Positions 62,535 to 64,000 of a stretch of 64,000 nucleotides of DNA are shown one piece after another; position 1 is the stretch's first letter; the number at the start of each line of letters is the position of its first letter. This DNA comes from Mobula hypostoma. Lineage: Eukaryota. Location: contig NC_086097.1 in the NCBI RefSeq assembly GCF_963921235.1, positions 101,558,001 through 101,622,000 on the forward strand, in the 5' to 3' direction. A model generated the notes under the pieces. The model saw nothing but the letters and a program-made list of their open reading frames with translations. It searched no databases and had not been told where the DNA came from. Both the position numbers and the translations under genes were made by a program.

Positions 62535-63330
62535 AGATCCAAAGCAAAGAAAGAACTGCTGGAGAAACTCAGGGGTTCAGGCAACAGCATGGCATCACTA
62601 AATTTTGGGTCAAGCATGTTGAGGGGAGATGGACCAGCAGCTGACAGATAGAACCAATAGAGGATGGGTTGATGGGCAGGTGGGGCCGGGGGGAAGGGTA
62701 AAGTAAGCAACAGAGGCTGGGAGGTGATCGGTGGACGCAACAAAGGGCTACAGGTGATGGAATCTGATAAGAAACCAGATATGTGAGGCATGGTAGACAG
62801 ATGGATACAGTGGGCAGACAGGGGTTTTAGTGGCTAGAGTGTGGGGGAAGAGGGGGAGAGACAAAAAAGCAGTAAGGAGGGGTCTGGGGGCTGAGAAGGG
62901 AACAGTGGGGCATGCGGGTTAGCTGAAATGCCCATGCCATTGAGCTGGTAGATCCAGAAAAGTCATCAACCTAATCCTGCTTTCCTCTCTACAGATACTG
63001 CCTGACCCACTGAGTGTTTCCAGTATTTTCTGTTTTTATTCCAGACTTCCAGCATCTAGAACAGTGGTTCCCAACCTTTTTTTTATGCCAGGATCCCCCT
63101 ACCATTAATTGAGGGGTCTATAGACCCCAAGTTGGCATCCCCTGATCTAGAGAGCTTTGCTTTTCAACACACCAGATTATCTAGTTTGAGAATCAAAGTC
63201 CAGATGCTAGAAGTCTGAAATAAATACAGTAAACACAGGTAATGCCTGTGGAGAGGCAGAGTTGACACTTGTTAGATAAAGGGACTTCAACCTGAAATGT
63301 TTTCTCTTGTTTTGGCTTCTGCAGATTCCA
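62535..63330. mobile_element. Cluster of degenerate Penelope-derived fragments in both orientations
   Basis: actgctggagaaactcag (-), purine-rich tract and cagatactgcctgacccactgag...ccagcatct (+). Confidence 0.5.
63062..63144. mobile_element. Short hAT (Charlie-like) MITE
   Basis: cagtggttcccaacc and gttggcatcccctg TIRs; 8-bp TSD atctagaa/atctagag (NTCTAGAN target). Confidence 0.82.
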
Positions 63331-63474
63331 CCTGACTTGCTGGGTGTTTTGCTGTGTGTGACCTGCACACTGTCCCCACTCTCAGCACTGTGTTGGCTGG
63401 GGAAGGAGGTTGCAGTCTGCCTTGTAGTAATGGTGAGAGGGCCCTCCCCTCTGCCTGTGCTCTTTGTCTCTTAC

Positions 63475-63591
63475 CTGTCTGCCATCCCCTTGGTTGCACT
63501 GGTCCAGCACAACCTGTGAATCTGTGGAGAAGTTTGTAATCGCCACACACTTGTCCATCTGCTTAATCATGGATTCAGACAAAACCCATTC
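63475..63591 (-). CDS. GALNT16: Polypeptide N-acetylgalactosaminyltransferase 16-like, penultimate exon (ricin-B lectin domain)
   Basis: Minus strand tctcagcag| acceptor, then EWVLSESMIKQMDKCVAITNFSTDSQVVLDQCNQGDGRQ, then |gtaaga donor; 117 bp, phase 0. Ricin-type motifs. Convergent position next to ERH matches vertebrate GALNT16-ERH synteny. GALNT14 is the closest alternative. Confidence 0.85.
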
Positions 63592-63849
63592 CTGCTGAGA
63601 GTGAAACAGTCAAAAACCCAGTCAGAGCTCCAGCATAACCAAAGTTATATCAGCAGCTTCATATATCTATAAAACCATTCCCTTTCTCCAGGTTCCTTCT
63701 TATCTTGTCTTATCAGAACAAAGGAGTTGGTCATCTGGCCCACTGGCTCCAAGCAGCCTCCTAAAGGAGAACTCCCATCATCCCCTTCTGTGTAACCCTA
63801 CCACTTGTTCTTTCTCACACAAAGCTTCACAACTCTTCAGTGGTTCTTT

Positions 63850-64000
63850 TGACACTAAGGACAATTATCCTACCAACCCACACGTCTGGAATGCAGGAGG
63901 AAACTGGCTCAGCCGGGGGAAACTCATGTAGCCACAGGGATTATGTGCAAACCCCACACAGTCAGTACATGAGATCAGGATCGAATCTGTGTTGCTGGAA
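63850..64000 (-). mobile_element. V-SINE fragment
   Basis: Reverse V domain (ggaatgcaggaggaaactgg, tgtgcaaaccccacaca) and B box (gatcgaatc). Confidence 0.55.

Overview
Repeat-rich vertebrate genomic DNA, probably from a cartilaginous fish (inferred from the CR1, V-SINE, DeuSINE and Penelope repeat repertoire). It holds two host genes in convergent orientation. ERH (+) has coding exons 2-4 at 8218-8305, 11077-11197 and 30079-30181; its ATG exon probably lies upstream of the window. The last two coding exons of a GALNT16-like gene (-) lie at 63475-63591 and 58202-58354. Most of the rest is transposable elements: many CR1 LINEs (one with an uninterrupted 932-codon ORF2), Rex1/Babar LINEs and non-autonomous partners, a Penelope-like element, two Tc1 elements, three solo LTRs with 4-bp TSDs, hAT, Harbinger and mariner MITEs, and tRNA-derived SINEs. 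The three most notable observations are: (1) a U_UUA_AAC slippery heptamer at the ORF1 stop of CR1 copies that places an AUG-less ORF2 in the -1 frame, suggesting programmed -1 ribosomal frameshifting; (2) a minimal hammerhead ribozyme in the Penelope-like 3' region and a dispersed family of short derivatives, including a 230-bp palindromic copy with a 10-bp TSD; (3) an 11.7-kb, six-level nest of transposons. Boundaries of degenerate repeats were read by eye and are approximate.
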